From assembly GCA_041940205.1 (NCBI GenBank), contig JBGTSP010000002.1:1-63861 (forward strand): DNA of 63,861 nucleotides, written 5' to 3'. Every line of letters begins with the position of its first letter. The stretch's first letter is position 1. The position numbers were made by a program, and so were the translations under genes. A model generated the notes under the pieces. That model saw only the letters and a list, made by a program, of their open reading frames with translations, was not told where the DNA came from and made no database searches. This document shows positions 52,866-62,456 of this stretch, one piece after another. The stretch comes from Alphaproteobacteria bacterium. GTDB lineage: Bacteria > Pseudomonadota > Alphaproteobacteria > GCA-2731375.

Positions 52866-53614
52866 CGACGATCCCCCTCAGCGCGCCGGCCCGCATGGAC
52901 GGCCGCAAAGTCCTGATCACAGGCGCGGCGGGCGGCATCGGCCGCGCCGTGGTCGACGCCTTCGCCGAGGCCGGCGCAAGCGTGCTGGCCACCGATCTCG
53001 TGCCCGAGGATCCCTTCGCCGGGCAGGCGGGCGTGCGCTACCGGCGCTACGACGTCACCAGCCGGGAAGAGACCGACCGCATCGTCGCGGAGATGCTGCA
53101 GGCCGACGGGCGGATCGACGCCCTGGTGCTGTGCGCCGGTTCCATCGCCAACACCCCGATCGCCGAGGCCGACGATGATGAGTGGCGCAGCATCCTCGAC
53201 GTCAACGTGATGGGCGTGGTCAACCCGCTGCGCCGGATCTATCCGCAGATGTGCGCGCAGGGCGGCGGCAAGATCGTCGCCCTGGGCTCGATCGCCGCCA
53301 AGATCGGCGGCGTCGCGGCCGGTCCGGCCTATGTCGCGGCCAAGTCGGCGGTGCACGGCATCATCAAGTGGACCGCCAAGGCCGGCGCGGCGCACGGTGT
53401 CTACGCCAACGTCATCGCGCCGGGCCCGGTGGAGACGCCGATGTGGCAGAGCGTCACCGAACGCCAGCCGCCGAAGGCGCACGGCAGCGTGCCGCTCGGC
53501 CGGTTTGGCCAGCCCGAGGACATCGCCCAGGGCATCCTGTTCCTGTGCTCGCCCGCCTCGAACTGGATCACCGGCACGACGCTCGACGTCAACGGCGGCA
53601 TGCTGATGGACTGA
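52862..53614 (+). CDS. SDR-family oxidoreductase
   Basis: KVLITGAAGGIGRA (TGxxxGxG), GSIA...YVAAKSAV (YxxxK), and NVIAPGPVETPM. ATGA overlap with the isochorismatase gene. Confidence 0.8.
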   Translation: MTTIPLSAPARMDGRKVLITGAAGGIGRAVVDAFAEAGASVLATDLVPEDPFAGQAGVRYRRYDVTSREETDRIVAEMLQADGRIDALVLCAGSIANTPIAEADDDEWRSILDVNVMGVVNPLRRIYPQMCAQGGGKIVALGSIAAKIGGVAAGPAYVAAKSAVHGIIKWTAKAGAAHGVYANVIAPGPVETPMWQSVTERQPPKAHGSVPLGRFGQPEDIAQGILFLCSPASNWITGTTLDVNGGMLMD

Positions 53615-53618
53615 CGGC

Positions 53619-54521
53619 ATGACGGACAACGACATTCCCGCGATCGGCTTCATCGGCCTCGGCGTCATGGGCGGGCCGATGTGCCGCAACCTCGTCGCGA
53701 AACATCCCGGCCCGGTGCGGGCCTTCGACCGCGATTCCGACGCGCTGGCGACGGCGGTGGCGGCCGGCGCGCAACCGGCGCCTTCGGTGGCTTCGCTGGC
53801 CGCGGGTGCGGACATCATCTTCCTGTCCCTGCCCGGCGGCGCGCAGGTCACCGAGGTCTGCCTCGGCGACGACGGCATCGCCGGCGCGGCGCGACGCGGC
53901 GCCATCGTCGTCGACCTCAGCACCACCGGGGTCGACGAGGCCCGCGACGTTGCCGGCCGGCTCGCGGCCGCCGGCCTCGCCTTCGCCGACGCGCCGGTCG
54001 CCCGCACCCGCCAGGCGGCCGAAGAGGGCACGCTGGCGATCATGGTCGGCGCAGAGCCGGCGCTGTTCGCGACGATCGCGCCGCTGCTGCGCCACATGGG
54101 CTCCGACATCACGCTGTGCGGCGGCGTCGGCTGCGGCCAGGTCGTCAAGCTGCTGAACAACACCCTGGTGTTCGAGCATGTCGCCGCGCTGGCCGAGGTG
54201 ATGGTGATCGGCGAACGCGCCGGGGTGGCGCCGGAGACGCTGCTGGACGCCATTTCCGGCGGTTCGGGCGACAGCTTCGTCCTGCGCAACCACGGCAGGA
54301 AGGCGATGCTGCCGCGCCGCTTCCCCGAACGCGCCTTTCCTTCGGGCTATGTGCTGAAGGACCTGGGCTACGCCATCGCGCTGGCCGAACGCTGCGGGGT
54401 CGAGCCGAGGGTCGCCAGCCTCGTGGCAGGCTATTACGAGGCCGCGATCGCCGAGGGACTGGGCGAAAACTACTTTCCCGCGATCATCGAGCTGATCGAC
54501 CGTCCGGGGGAGGACGGTTAG
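53619..54521 (+). CDS. NAD(P)-dependent oxidoreductase, 3-hydroxyisobutyrate/6-phosphogluconate dehydrogenase-like
   Basis: IGFIGLGVMGGPMCRNL Rossmann motif, DAPVARTRQAAEEGTLAIMVGA, and VGCGQVVKLLNN. Confidence 0.75.
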   Translation: MTDNDIPAIGFIGLGVMGGPMCRNLVAKHPGPVRAFDRDSDALATAVAAGAQPAPSVASLAAGADIIFLSLPGGAQVTEVCLGDDGIAGAARRGAIVVDLSTTGVDEARDVAGRLAAAGLAFADAPVARTRQAAEEGTLAIMVGAEPALFATIAPLLRHMGSDITLCGGVGCGQVVKLLNNTLVFEHVAALAEVMVIGERAGVAPETLLDAISGGSGDSFVLRNHGRKAMLPRRFPERAFPSGYVLKDLGYAIALAERCGVEPRVASLVAGYYEAAIAEGLGENYFPAIIELIDRPGEDG

Positions 54522-55342
54522 TCCCCGCCGTCGTCCGTACTGTTCGCGAGGCCGGCCGCGTCCGCCTCCAGCCGCCGGCCGATGGCGGCGGCGGTGCGGT
54601 TCAGCGGCGGCAGGATCCCGTTCAGCAGCCGTTTCGGCTCGCCGGCGGGCTGCAGCACCATGGTGGCGAGCGCCGCGTCGACCCGGCCGGCGACCACGAT
54701 GGGCACGGCCACGGCCCACAGGCGAGAATCGTAGACGGCATCGAGGTAGGCCTGCGCCGACAGGCCGTAGCCGTCGCGGCGCACGGCATCGAGCCGCTGT
54801 TCCAGGCCCTCGCGATAGGTCGGATCGGTGTCCCAGGCGCTGCGGGACTGATCCAGCCGCTCGAGAATGGCCGCGCATTCCTCCTCCTCGCGGTGGGCGA
54901 GATAGACGATGCCGGCCGCGGTCACCAGCAGCGGCACCCGCGCGCCCAGCCGGCCGGGCATGGAGAGGCCGTAGGCGCTGCGGTTGGTGTAGGCGATCGA
55001 CATCGCCGCCTCGGCCTCGATGTAGACCGCCAGGCTGGTCGGCCAGCCGACCTCCGCGGTCAGTTCCTCGACGAGGGGCCGGGCCAGCTCGATCCGCCGC
55101 GTGTCGGCGTCGTAGCCGCTGCCCAGCGACAGCGCCCGGGCCGTCACCCCGAAGGTGCTGGCGCCGGCGACGCGGTAGACATAGCCCGCCGCGATCAGGG
55201 TCTCGAGCAGGCGGATCACCGTCGGCTGCGGCAGGTCCAGCGCGCGGGAGAGATCGGTCGCGGTCAGCGGCCCGTCCTCGCTGACGACGCGCAGGACCTC
55301 CAGGCCCCGCAGCAGCGCCCGCACCGGCGCGAATGACGCCAT
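54518..55342 (-). CDS. IclR-family transcriptional regulator
   Basis: VRALLRGLEVLRVVSEDGPLTATDLSRALDLPQPTVIRLLETLIAAGYV (IclR HTH) plus a C-terminal effector-domain pattern (PLLVTAAGIVYLA). Confidence 0.8.
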   Translation of the reverse strand: MASFAPVRALLRGLEVLRVVSEDGPLTATDLSRALDLPQPTVIRLLETLIAAGYVYRVAGASTFGVTARALSLGSGYDADTRRIELARPLVEELTAEVGWPTSLAVYIEAEAAMSIAYTNRSAYGLSMPGRLGARVPLLVTAAGIVYLAHREEEECAAILERLDQSRSAWDTDPTYREGLEQRLDAVRRDGYGLSAQAYLDAVYDSRLWAVAVPIVVAGRVDAALATMVLQPAGEPKRLLNGILPPLNRTAAAIGRRLEADAAGLANSTDDGGD

Positions 55343-55447
55343 CCCGGCCCTCTTTCTTCTCCGCGCGACTTCGTCGCGAAACATTCATCTGTTGAATAGA
55401 TTACCCGGATCGAGGCGCCGGCGAAAGCGGCCGGCCGCTGATCACTG

Positions 55448-56347
55448 CTATTCGCCGGGCAGGGTGAGGCCGGCGTTGCGGGCATAGACCTTGGCGACCG
55501 CCGCGTCGTCCTCGCCGCCCAGGCCCATGCCGGCGGCGGCCAGGAACTGCTGCAGCGCAGCGGCCGTGATCGGCGCGCTGAAGCGGGCCTCGCGAGCGAT
55601 GTCGAGGACGATGCCCAGGTCCTTGGGCCAGATCGCCACCTGGCTGTGCGGCGTGTAGTCGCCGGCGATCACGTGCGGCGCCCGGTTCTCCAGCATCCAG
55701 CTCGTGCCCGCGCACTTGCCGATCACCTCGAGGAAGGTCTCGGGCGCAATGCCCTGGGTCATGCCGAAGGTCAGGGCCTCGGCCATGGTGGCGATATGCA
55801 CGCCGGCCAGCAGCTGGTTGACCGCCTTCATCGCCGAACCGGCGCCCGCGGTCCCGCCCAGTTCGAACACCGTCTCGGCGGTGGCCGAGAGCACCGGGCG
55901 GGCGGCGGCGAAGGCCTCCGGCGTGCCGGCGGCCATGACCGAGAGCTGGCCCGTCGCGGCCTTCGCCGCGCCGCCGGAGATCGGCGCGTCGAGATAGTGC
56001 AGGTCGTGTTCCCGGCAGCGCGCCGCCATCGCCCGGGCGAAGTCCGGCGGCACGGTGGCGCAGGCGATCACCACGCTGCCCGGCCGCATCGCCGGCGCCA
56101 GGCCGCCGTCGCCGAACAGCACCGTCTCGGTCTGCGCGGCGTTCAGCACCACGACGACCGGGGCGTCCAGCCGGTCGGCGACCTCGGACGGCGCCTCGCC
56201 GGCGCCGCCCTCGTCGCGAAAGCGGTCGACCCGTTCGGAGACGACGTCGAAACCGTGGGTGACATGGCCGGCCCGCAGGCAGGATCGGGCGATCCCGTAG
56301 CCCATGGAGCCGAGGCCGATGACGGCGGTTCTGGGGGTGGCGGTCAT
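55448..56347 (-). CDS. NAD(P)-dependent oxidoreductase, 3-hydroxyisobutyrate dehydrogenase-like
   Basis: TAVIGLGSMGYGIARS, LDAPISGGAAKAATGQLSVMAAG, and GAGSAMKAVNQLL. Confidence 0.75.
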   Translation of the reverse strand: MTATPRTAVIGLGSMGYGIARSCLRAGHVTHGFDVVSERVDRFRDEGGAGEAPSEVADRLDAPVVVVLNAAQTETVLFGDGGLAPAMRPGSVVIACATVPPDFARAMAARCREHDLHYLDAPISGGAAKAATGQLSVMAAGTPEAFAAARPVLSATAETVFELGGTAGAGSAMKAVNQLLAGVHIATMAEALTFGMTQGIAPETFLEVIGKCAGTSWMLENRAPHVIAGDYTPHSQVAIWPKDLGIVLDIAREARFSAPITAAALQQFLAAAGMGLGGEDDAAVAKVYARNAGLTLPGE

Positions 56348-56463
56348 GCGGTGTTCTCCCAGCGGCGATTCCCGGCGCATCGTGGGTCCCGGTGCCGTCC
56401 GGCGCAATGCCGGCGGCCGGGCCGCGCCGGCGACGGATCCGCAAGCGGGCTCGTGAACGCGCC

Positions 56464-57594
56464 CTAGCGGTTGCCGGTCTCGATGCGCACGCGGGCGGCG
56501 CTGCCGGGACGGGCGCTCTCCGGCCAGGCCGTCCCGTCGGGCACGATCTTCACGGCGAAGCGCGAGCGGTCGGGCAGCAGGGGACTGATCGGCCGGCCGG
56601 GCAGGGTGCGCTCGCGGGCGTCCGCCGCGATCAGGACCTGCGCGACCCGTCCGCCGAACGGCGTGTCGCGGGGCAGGGCGTCGAAGCGGATCTCGACCGC
56701 CATGCCCGGGCGGATCCGCGTCGCGTCGTTCTCCGAGACCCAGGCCGCGATCCAGCTGCGCTCGCGGATCCAGTAGCTCAGGATCGTGTCGTTCGGGCGG
56801 ACCGAGGCGCCTTCGCGGGCCGCGACCTCGGTCACCAGCCCGGCATGCGCGGCGCTCAGCCGGGTCGCGGCGAGATCGGTCTCCAGCACCTCGACGTCCC
56901 GCCGGACGCGCTCCTCCCGCTGCGTCAGCACGGCGAGCTCCACCTGGCGGACCCGCCGGCGCTCGATCTCGATCTCGGCGATGGCGAGCGCGGTGCGCGC
57001 CGCCTTGCGCTCGGCGGCGAGCCGTTCGACGTCCGCCCGCGCGGTCAGGAACTCCTCGCGCGCAAGGTCGAACTGCCGGGCGCTGGCCGTGCCCCGCTCG
57101 TACAGGCTGCGGGTGCGCTCCAGCCGGTTTTCCGCCTGTTCCCGCGAGGCCCGGGCGGCGGCGAGTTCGGCTTCCAGCGCCCGGATCTCCAGCGCGGCCT
57201 GGTCGCGCCGCTCGTCGGCCCGCCGCGCGTCCAACTCCAGGGCGATCTCCGCGGCCTGCCGCTCCGCCCCGATCTCCCCGGCGCGGGCGCGGCCGGCGGC
57301 GACCCGGGCGCGCAGGTGCGCATCCTCCAGCTCGACCAGGACCTGGCCGCGGGCGACTTCATCGCCCAGGTCGACATGCAGCGCCGCGATCCGGGCGTCG
57401 AACCGCGTGCCGAGGCGCACCACCGCGCCGTGGACATGGGCGTCGCCGGAGGTGACCACGCTCCCGTACCGGCCTTCGGCCAGCAGGTAGCCGCCACCCG
57501 CCAGCGCCGCCAGCAGGACGAGGACGACGGCGAGGCGGCCCCGGCGGCGGGCGGCACCGCCCGGGCGTGCGTTCTGGTCGTTCGAGGCGCTCAT
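56464..57594 (-). CDS. HlyD-family membrane-fusion/secretion protein
   Basis: N-terminal TM (LAVVLVLLAALAGGGYLL), lipoyl-like VTSGDAHVHG...RIAALHVDLGDEVARGQVLVELED, a long coiled coil, and a C-terminal beta-barrel segment (GMAVEIRFDA...). ATGA overlap with the upstream gene. Confidence 0.75.
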   Translation of the reverse strand: MSASNDQNARPGGAARRRGRLAVVLVLLAALAGGGYLLAEGRYGSVVTSGDAHVHGAVVRLGTRFDARIAALHVDLGDEVARGQVLVELEDAHLRARVAAGRARAGEIGAERQAAEIALELDARRADERRDQAALEIRALEAELAAARASREQAENRLERTRSLYERGTASARQFDLAREEFLTARADVERLAAERKAARTALAIAEIEIERRRVRQVELAVLTQREERVRRDVEVLETDLAATRLSAAHAGLVTEVAAREGASVRPNDTILSYWIRERSWIAAWVSENDATRIRPGMAVEIRFDALPRDTPFGGRVAQVLIAADARERTLPGRPISPLLPDRSRFAVKIVPDGTAWPESARPGSAARVRIETGNR

Positions 57595-58706
57595 GGCAGA
57601 TCTCCGGAGGCGATGACGCGGCGGGGCGGCAGGAAGACGAGGGACAGCCTGGCGACGAAGGCCAGCAGGATGCAGGCGATCAGGAACGGCACGCTCATCA
57701 TGCCGATCCCGTATTGCAGCAGCTCGGTCACGAACAGCACGCCGCTGAGGGTGAAGCCGACGCAGCCGGCGATGCCGGCCGCCGTGCGGACGAGGCCCAC
57801 CCGCGCCGCGTCGCTTGCCAGCAGGCCGGCAAGCAGCACCCCGACCACCGCGAGCGAGGGCGTGACCGTGGCGATCGTCGCGCCGCCGAAACAGGCCTCG
57901 CGGACGGCCGACAGGGCCCAGGACAGGCAGGCGCCCACGATCAGGTGGGCCGCGAAGCGCCGGCGGCCGAAGGTGATCGTGCAAGGTTCCACGAGGTAGC
58001 GCACGACGAGGATCGTGGCGGCCGCGGTCAGCGCGGCGAGCAGCAGTTCGACCGGCTGCAGCACCAGCAGGGTCATGAAGGCGCCGCCCAGGACGCCGCC
58101 GCAGCGCAGCCGGCCGACCCGGGTGAGGCCGTACCAGCCGATCAGGCTCAGGAAGACCAGCAGCGGCAGCAGGCGCAGATCGACGGGGTAGAGCGGCACG
58201 ACGGCGCTCTCGTGCACCCGGCCGTAGACCGGCATGAGGGAGGCCACGAGGAACAGGGCGGCGGCCACGATCGCCGAGGTCAGCAGGATGTTGCGGCTGG
58301 TCGCGGCGATGCCGTGGCGGGAGAAATCGTGCGCGATCAGTCCCGGCACCACGTAGCCGATCCCGCGCAGCAGGGCGGCGTTCTCGTCGAACGCCGCGTC
58401 GGCCTGCAGGAACAGGTCCAGGACCAGATGGCAGGCCGAGGCGATGATCACCAGCAGGGAGAATTTCAGGCGGGCCGGGAGAATGAAGAACCGCCCGGCG
58501 AGGACGTGAACCAGGGTGAAGCTGAACAGGGCGACGGCGAAGACGACCGGCGCCAGGTAGGGATAGAAGATCGTCAGGCTCAGATAGGCGGGAACGGCGA
58601 TGCCGCCGGTGGTCAGGTGGCGGGAATCGTAGAACAGGATCGACACGCAGATGCCCATGACGAAGGCGAAGCGGATCAGTTCGGGGTGCAGGAATTCCAG
58701 GCTCAT
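57591..58706 (-). CDS. CapC/PgsC-like polytopic membrane protein, about twice the usual length
   Basis: TGGIAVPAYLSL and GYVVPGLIAHD resemble PgsC signature loops. A second hydrophobic half (CGGVLGGAFMTLL...) follows. ATGA overlaps at both ends. The 670-aa ORF extension is rejected. Confidence 0.55.
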   Translation of the reverse strand: MSLEFLHPELIRFAFVMGICVSILFYDSRHLTTGGIAVPAYLSLTIFYPYLAPVVFAVALFSFTLVHVLAGRFFILPARLKFSLLVIIASACHLVLDLFLQADAAFDENAALLRGIGYVVPGLIAHDFSRHGIAATSRNILLTSAIVAAALFLVASLMPVYGRVHESAVVPLYPVDLRLLPLLVFLSLIGWYGLTRVGRLRCGGVLGGAFMTLLVLQPVELLLAALTAAATILVVRYLVEPCTITFGRRRFAAHLIVGACLSWALSAVREACFGGATIATVTPSLAVVGVLLAGLLASDAARVGLVRTAAGIAGCVGFTLSGVLFVTELLQYGIGMMSVPFLIACILLAFVARLSLVFLPPRRVIASGDLP

Positions 58707-59962
58707 CGACGCCCCGTTCCCCGCTCCGGCGGCGTGATCGCGGCGCCGTTCCCGGCCTTCTCGAAATGCTCGACGATCATGCCGGCCGCCTCGGTGTGGA
58801 TGTTGGACAGGCCGAACACCGCGACCGACGGCGCCTCGATCGCCGCCACCGTCTCCGCGATCAGGGTCGCGAAGGCTGCGGGACTTTCCGCCGCGAAGTC
58901 CAGCACGCGGTCCTCCGCAACGCCGCCTCCGACGAGTTCCTGGCGGACCTGGTCCTGCAGCTCGCCGGCCAGGATGACGGCGTCGCAGCGCCGCGCCCCG
59001 GCCAGCAGCCCGGCGAAGTCGGTCGACCGGTCGGGCCGGTCCGCGCGGTTGTTGAGGATGAAGACGCGGCCGTGATCGTCGCCGATCCAGTCGCCGACGC
59101 GCTCGACGTTCTGCACCACGCTGTCGATGTCGTTGACCCCGAACAGGTTGATCCAGAACACCTGCCGGCCTTCGATCTCGTGTTCGCTCGCCCGCGAGGC
59201 GCCGGGATCCTCGGGCGCGGCGCGGGCGCCGGCCAGCGCGTCCGCGCGGGCGACGCCGTGGCGCTCGGCGATCGCCAGGGCGATCGCGACATTCTCGGGA
59301 AACACGAAGGGTCCGAAGGGGCGGAGTTCCTCGCGTGTCAGGCCATCCCCGGCGACCCGGCGGTAGACCGTTCCCAGGCGGGCCGCCGCCGTCCGCAGCA
59401 CGGGCTCGGCCTCGTCGTTCTCCTCGCCCACATAGAGGTGCCCGCCGCGCGGAACCGTGTTCGCCAGCGAGACCGCGATCGCCCCGACCGTCTCGCCCAG
59501 GACCTCCATGTGATCGCGGCGGACATTCAGGATCACCCCGTCCGTGGCGCGGATGATCCGGTGTTCGGAGACCCTCTGATAGTCGGGATTGAGCGCCATG
59601 CATTCGAACACCATGGCCCGGGTCGCGGGCGTCGCCCGCTCGGCAAGGATCTCGATCTGCTCCAGGATGGTCGGGGCGCCGGGCCGGTGGATCTCGTGGT
59701 CCCGGCCCGAGGAATCGATGAAGCGGGTGGCGCTGCCGGTGGTCTTGGCGATGGTCTCGATGCCGCCGCCACGCAGGGCGCCGGCGATCAGGCGCACCAG
59801 CGACGACTTGCCCCGGATGCCGTTGACGTGCACCCGGATCGGGATGGCCCGCAGCCGCCGCGCATGTCCGCGATACTCGATGACCCAGGAGAGGATGACG
59901 CCGAAGGACATGGCCACGGCGAGCAGCAGCAGCAGCCAGCGTTCGAGCAGGTCGGGATCCAT
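58703..59962 (-). CDS. PgsB/CapB-like Mur-ligase-family amide ligase (poly-gamma-glutamate synthase-like)
   Basis: N-terminal TM, then IRVHVNGIRGKSSLVRLIAGAL (Mur-ligase P-loop GxRGKS), ETIAKTTGS, and ECMALNPDYQ. Confidence 0.65.
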   Translation of the reverse strand: MDPDLLERWLLLLLAVAMSFGVILSWVIEYRGHARRLRAIPIRVHVNGIRGKSSLVRLIAGALRGGGIETIAKTTGSATRFIDSSGRDHEIHRPGAPTILEQIEILAERATPATRAMVFECMALNPDYQRVSEHRIIRATDGVILNVRRDHMEVLGETVGAIAVSLANTVPRGGHLYVGEENDEAEPVLRTAAARLGTVYRRVAGDGLTREELRPFGPFVFPENVAIALAIAERHGVARADALAGARAAPEDPGASRASEHEIEGRQVFWINLFGVNDIDSVVQNVERVGDWIGDDHGRVFILNNRADRPDRSTDFAGLLAGARRCDAVILAGELQDQVRQELVGGGVAEDRVLDFAAESPAAFATLIAETVAAIEAPSVAVFGLSNIHTEAAGMIVEHFEKAGNGAAITPPERGTGRR

Positions 59963-60146
59963 GGCGTCCGGCCGCGGCGGATCAGCAGACCGCGGCCGGG
60001 ACCCGGCGTTCCGGGGAGAACCCGAAGGACGGACGGGGACGGCGAACGGCAACGGTCATGACGCGGCCCGGAGTATGCTGCCGTCATGGCCGGCGCGGAA
60101 GCCGGCATATGAACGGGTTTCGGCGCGCCGCTGTCAGCGACTGCTG

Positions 60147-60479
60147 TCAGCCCGGCGCCGCGTCGGCCGGCGGCGAAAGCCGCACCAGGACATCCCGCGA
60201 GACGAACGGACTGTCCTCGCGTTCGACCACCAGCGGCGCGATCGCCCGAAGGATCGCGGCATGGCGCGGATCGGCGCGGTGATCCGCATAGGCCGCCGCA
60301 TCGCGATAGACCTCGTAGAGCAGGAACAGCGCGGCGTCGGTCTCGTCCCGGCAAAGATCGAAGGCGAGGCAGCCGGGTTCTTCCTCGCGCGAGCGCCGGG
60401 CGTGTTCCGCCATCAGGCGTTCGAAGGCGGGCGCCTGTCCCGGACGCGCGCGGAAGCGGGCGAGCACCACGTAGCTCAC
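60147..60479 (-). CDS. antibiotic-biosynthesis-monooxygenase (ABM) domain protein
   Basis: About 110 aa: YVVLARFRARPG...FERLMAEHARRSREEEPGCLAFDLCRD....FLLYEVYRDAAAYADH. GTG start overlaps the upstream stop (GTGA). Confidence 0.65.
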   Translation of the reverse strand: MSYVVLARFRARPGQAPAFERLMAEHARRSREEEPGCLAFDLCRDETDAALFLLYEVYRDAAAYADHRADPRHAAILRAIAPLVVEREDSPFVSRDVLVRLSPPADAAPG

Positions 60480-60970
60480 GGCTGACCGCCGGCATCGCGG
60501 CGCGCCGCCTCGATGGCGGCGACGTCGATCCGGTGCATGGTCAGCATCGCCTCGAAGGCGCGCCGGGCCTCCTCGCCGCCCGCCGCCATCGCCTCGGTGA
60601 GCACGCGCGGGGTGATCTGCCAGAAGATCCCCCAGCGGTCCCGGCACCAGCCGCAGGCGCGCTCCTCGCCGCCGTTGCCGACGATGGCATCCCAGTAGCG
60701 GTCCGTCTCGGCCTGGTCCGCCGTCGCGACCTGGAAGGAAAAGGCTTCGGAATGGGTGAAGACCGGGCCGCCGTTGAGGCCGAGACAGGGAATGCCGAGC
60801 ACCGTGAAGTCGACCATCAGCGGGTCGCCCTTGCTGCCTCCCGGATAGTCCGCCGGGGCATGATGCACGGCCTCGAGGCGGCTGTCGGGAAAGGTCTGCG
60901 CATAGAAGCGGGCGGCCGCCTCGGCCTCGCTCTCGTACCACAGGCAGACCCTGTTCGCGGGAACCGTCAT
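60476..60970 (-). CDS. VOC/glyoxalase-superfamily protein (PhnB / 3-demethylubiquinone methyltransferase-domain type)
   Basis: VCLWYESEAEAAARFYAQTFPDS...MVDFTVLGIPCLGLNGGP.FTHSEAFSFQV...ETDRYWDAIV..GGEE.ACGWCRDRWG..WQI. Confidence 0.75.
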   Translation of the reverse strand: MTVPANRVCLWYESEAEAAARFYAQTFPDSRLEAVHHAPADYPGGSKGDPLMVDFTVLGIPCLGLNGGPVFTHSEAFSFQVATADQAETDRYWDAIVGNGGEERACGWCRDRWGIFWQITPRVLTEAMAAGGEEARRAFEAMLTMHRIDVAAIEAARRDAGGQP

Positions 60971-61182
60971 GTCCTCATCCTCCTATGCATTGCCGTTCGC
61001 CGTGGTGCAGGCGTGGCCGGCGAGATCCTCCGGCCGCTCCGGCCTGCCGTTGCGGGCGAGATGGTCCGGAGAGGCGCAGATTGTTCGCCCGACTGCTTCA
61101 GCGCCAGCGCGCGGGCCGCGGCCGCGAAGCTGCCCCGGTCGACCACTTCAACGAAGGCCCGCATTGCCGCATTCGAGATCAT
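60967..61182 (-). pseudogene. remnant of a LysR-family regulator (N-terminal HTH only)
   Basis: MRAFVEVVDRGSFAAAARAL is the LysR HTH consensus, but the reading frame then decays into Pro/Arg/Ser-rich sequence. There is no room for a substrate-binding domain before the VOC gene. Confidence 0.55.
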
Positions 61183-61309
61183 GTTCGTTCCATTCTTTCA
61201 TGGTGCTCCCGTCTGATTCCCCGCTTTATCCATCTTCGGGCATGAATAGGGTGGCGGGTATCCGGCACTGCCGATGCCGGCCGACCTGATTGCAAACCGG
61301 GAGGATCCC

Positions 61310-61708
61310 ATGAGTGACGCACGCGACGCCCTGCATGCCCTGGCGGCCGACTATGCCGCGGCCTGGAGCGCGAAATCGCCCGAGGCGGTGGCCGCTTTCT
61401 TCGCCGAAGACGGGCAGATCGTCATCAATCGCGGCGACGTCCTGAAGGGCCGGCCGGCGCTTCGCGAGATGGCGGCGGGCTTCTATGCCGCCTATCCCGA
61501 TCTCGTCGTCCGCTGCGACGACATCCGGGGTGCCGGCTCGCACGCCGTGTTCGCCTGGACCTTCGAGGGCCATCACGCGGAGACGGGAAACCGGGTCGTG
61601 GTCCGCGGCTGGGAGGAATGGGAACTCGACGACAGCGGCAAGATCGCATCGTCGCAAGGCTGGTTCGACGCGGAGGACGAGGCCCGTCAGATCGGAGCCG
61701 CCGCCTGA
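61310..61708 (+). CDS. SnoaL/NTF2-like (ester cyclase-like) protein
   Basis: 132 aa: LAADYAAAWSAKSPEAVAAFFAEDGQIVINRG...FYAAYPDLVV.CDD...GSHAVFAWTFEGHH.ETG. RBS GGGAGGA before the ATG. Confidence 0.65.
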   Translation: MSDARDALHALAADYAAAWSAKSPEAVAAFFAEDGQIVINRGDVLKGRPALREMAAGFYAAYPDLVVRCDDIRGAGSHAVFAWTFEGHHAETGNRVVVRGWEEWELDDSGKIASSQGWFDAEDEARQIGAAA

Positions 61709-61891
61709 CCGGCCGCGCCGATGCCGCCGCGGGGCAATCGACCGCGCGCGGGGCCGCCGGCCATCGCCAGCGGCCCTCCCGCGATCGGCCGACGTGCCGT
61801 CGGCGGACTCCCGCGAACGTGAACGCGCGAGCCAGCCGGAAACCCCGACATTGGGTAGAATTCCGGATCGGAAAGTCGGAGGGACATCAGC

Positions 61892-62383
61892 ATGTGGCGC
61901 GGCATCGCACTCTTCCTCATCGGCGGCGTGTTCGGCACCGCCTTCGGCGTGGCCGTCGGCTTCTTCGCCTTTCCCTACGTGTTCCCGCCGCCCGAGGCGG
62001 CCGAAACGCTGACCGCCGAGGAGGGGCGGGGCCTCGTGGCGCGCGGCCGCTTCATCCATGCCGATCCCTCCGATCCCATCCATCACGGGACCGGCGGTGT
62101 CGCGGTCTATCCCGGGCTTGTGCACCTGGAGGCGGATTTCGAGGTCGGACCCGGGCCGAAATACCATGTCTACCTGGTGCCGGGCGAAGCGGTGCGCGAC
62201 GAGGCCGCGGTCGAGCGCAGCATGTTCGTCGACCTCGGCCGCCTGCGGGCCTTCAAGGGTTCGCAGAAATATCCGATCCCGGCCGGCCTCGATCTCGCCG
62301 CCTACCGCAGCGTGGTGATCTGGTGCGAGCAGTTCGGCGTGCTGATCTCGCCGGCCGACCTCGCCTTCGCGGACGGCGCCTGA
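61892..62383 (+). CDS. DM13-domain protein with an N-terminal TM
   Basis: TM GIALFLIGGVFGTAFGVAVGFFAF, then GRFIHADPSDPIHHGTGGVAVY...VHLEADFEVGPGPKYHVYLVP...LGRLRAFKGSQKY.IP...VVIWCEQFGVLIS. Confidence 0.7.
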   Translation: MWRGIALFLIGGVFGTAFGVAVGFFAFPYVFPPPEAAETLTAEEGRGLVARGRFIHADPSDPIHHGTGGVAVYPGLVHLEADFEVGPGPKYHVYLVPGEAVRDEAAVERSMFVDLGRLRAFKGSQKYPIPAGLDLAAYRSVVIWCEQFGVLISPADLAFADGA

Positions 62384-62456
62384 CGCCGACCGCACCCGCC
62401 CGGCACCTGCCGGGGACACGGCGCTCGGGAATTCGTTCCCCGTCGCGCGAACGGTC

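Noticed and set aside
53589-55388. 599-aa minus and 551-aa plus ORFs (53681-55336) across the HIBADH-like/IclR region
   Set aside because: Their translations are Arg/Gly/Pro/Ala-dominated without motifs. The alternative frames give a clean Rossmann dehydrogenase and an IclR regulator.
58707-59603. N-terminal ~300-aa extension of the CapC-like ORF (670-aa ORF)
   Set aside because: It overlaps the PgsB-like gene out of frame and is Arg/Gly/Pro-rich. The ATG at 58706 gives an ATGA overlap and a hydrophobic start.
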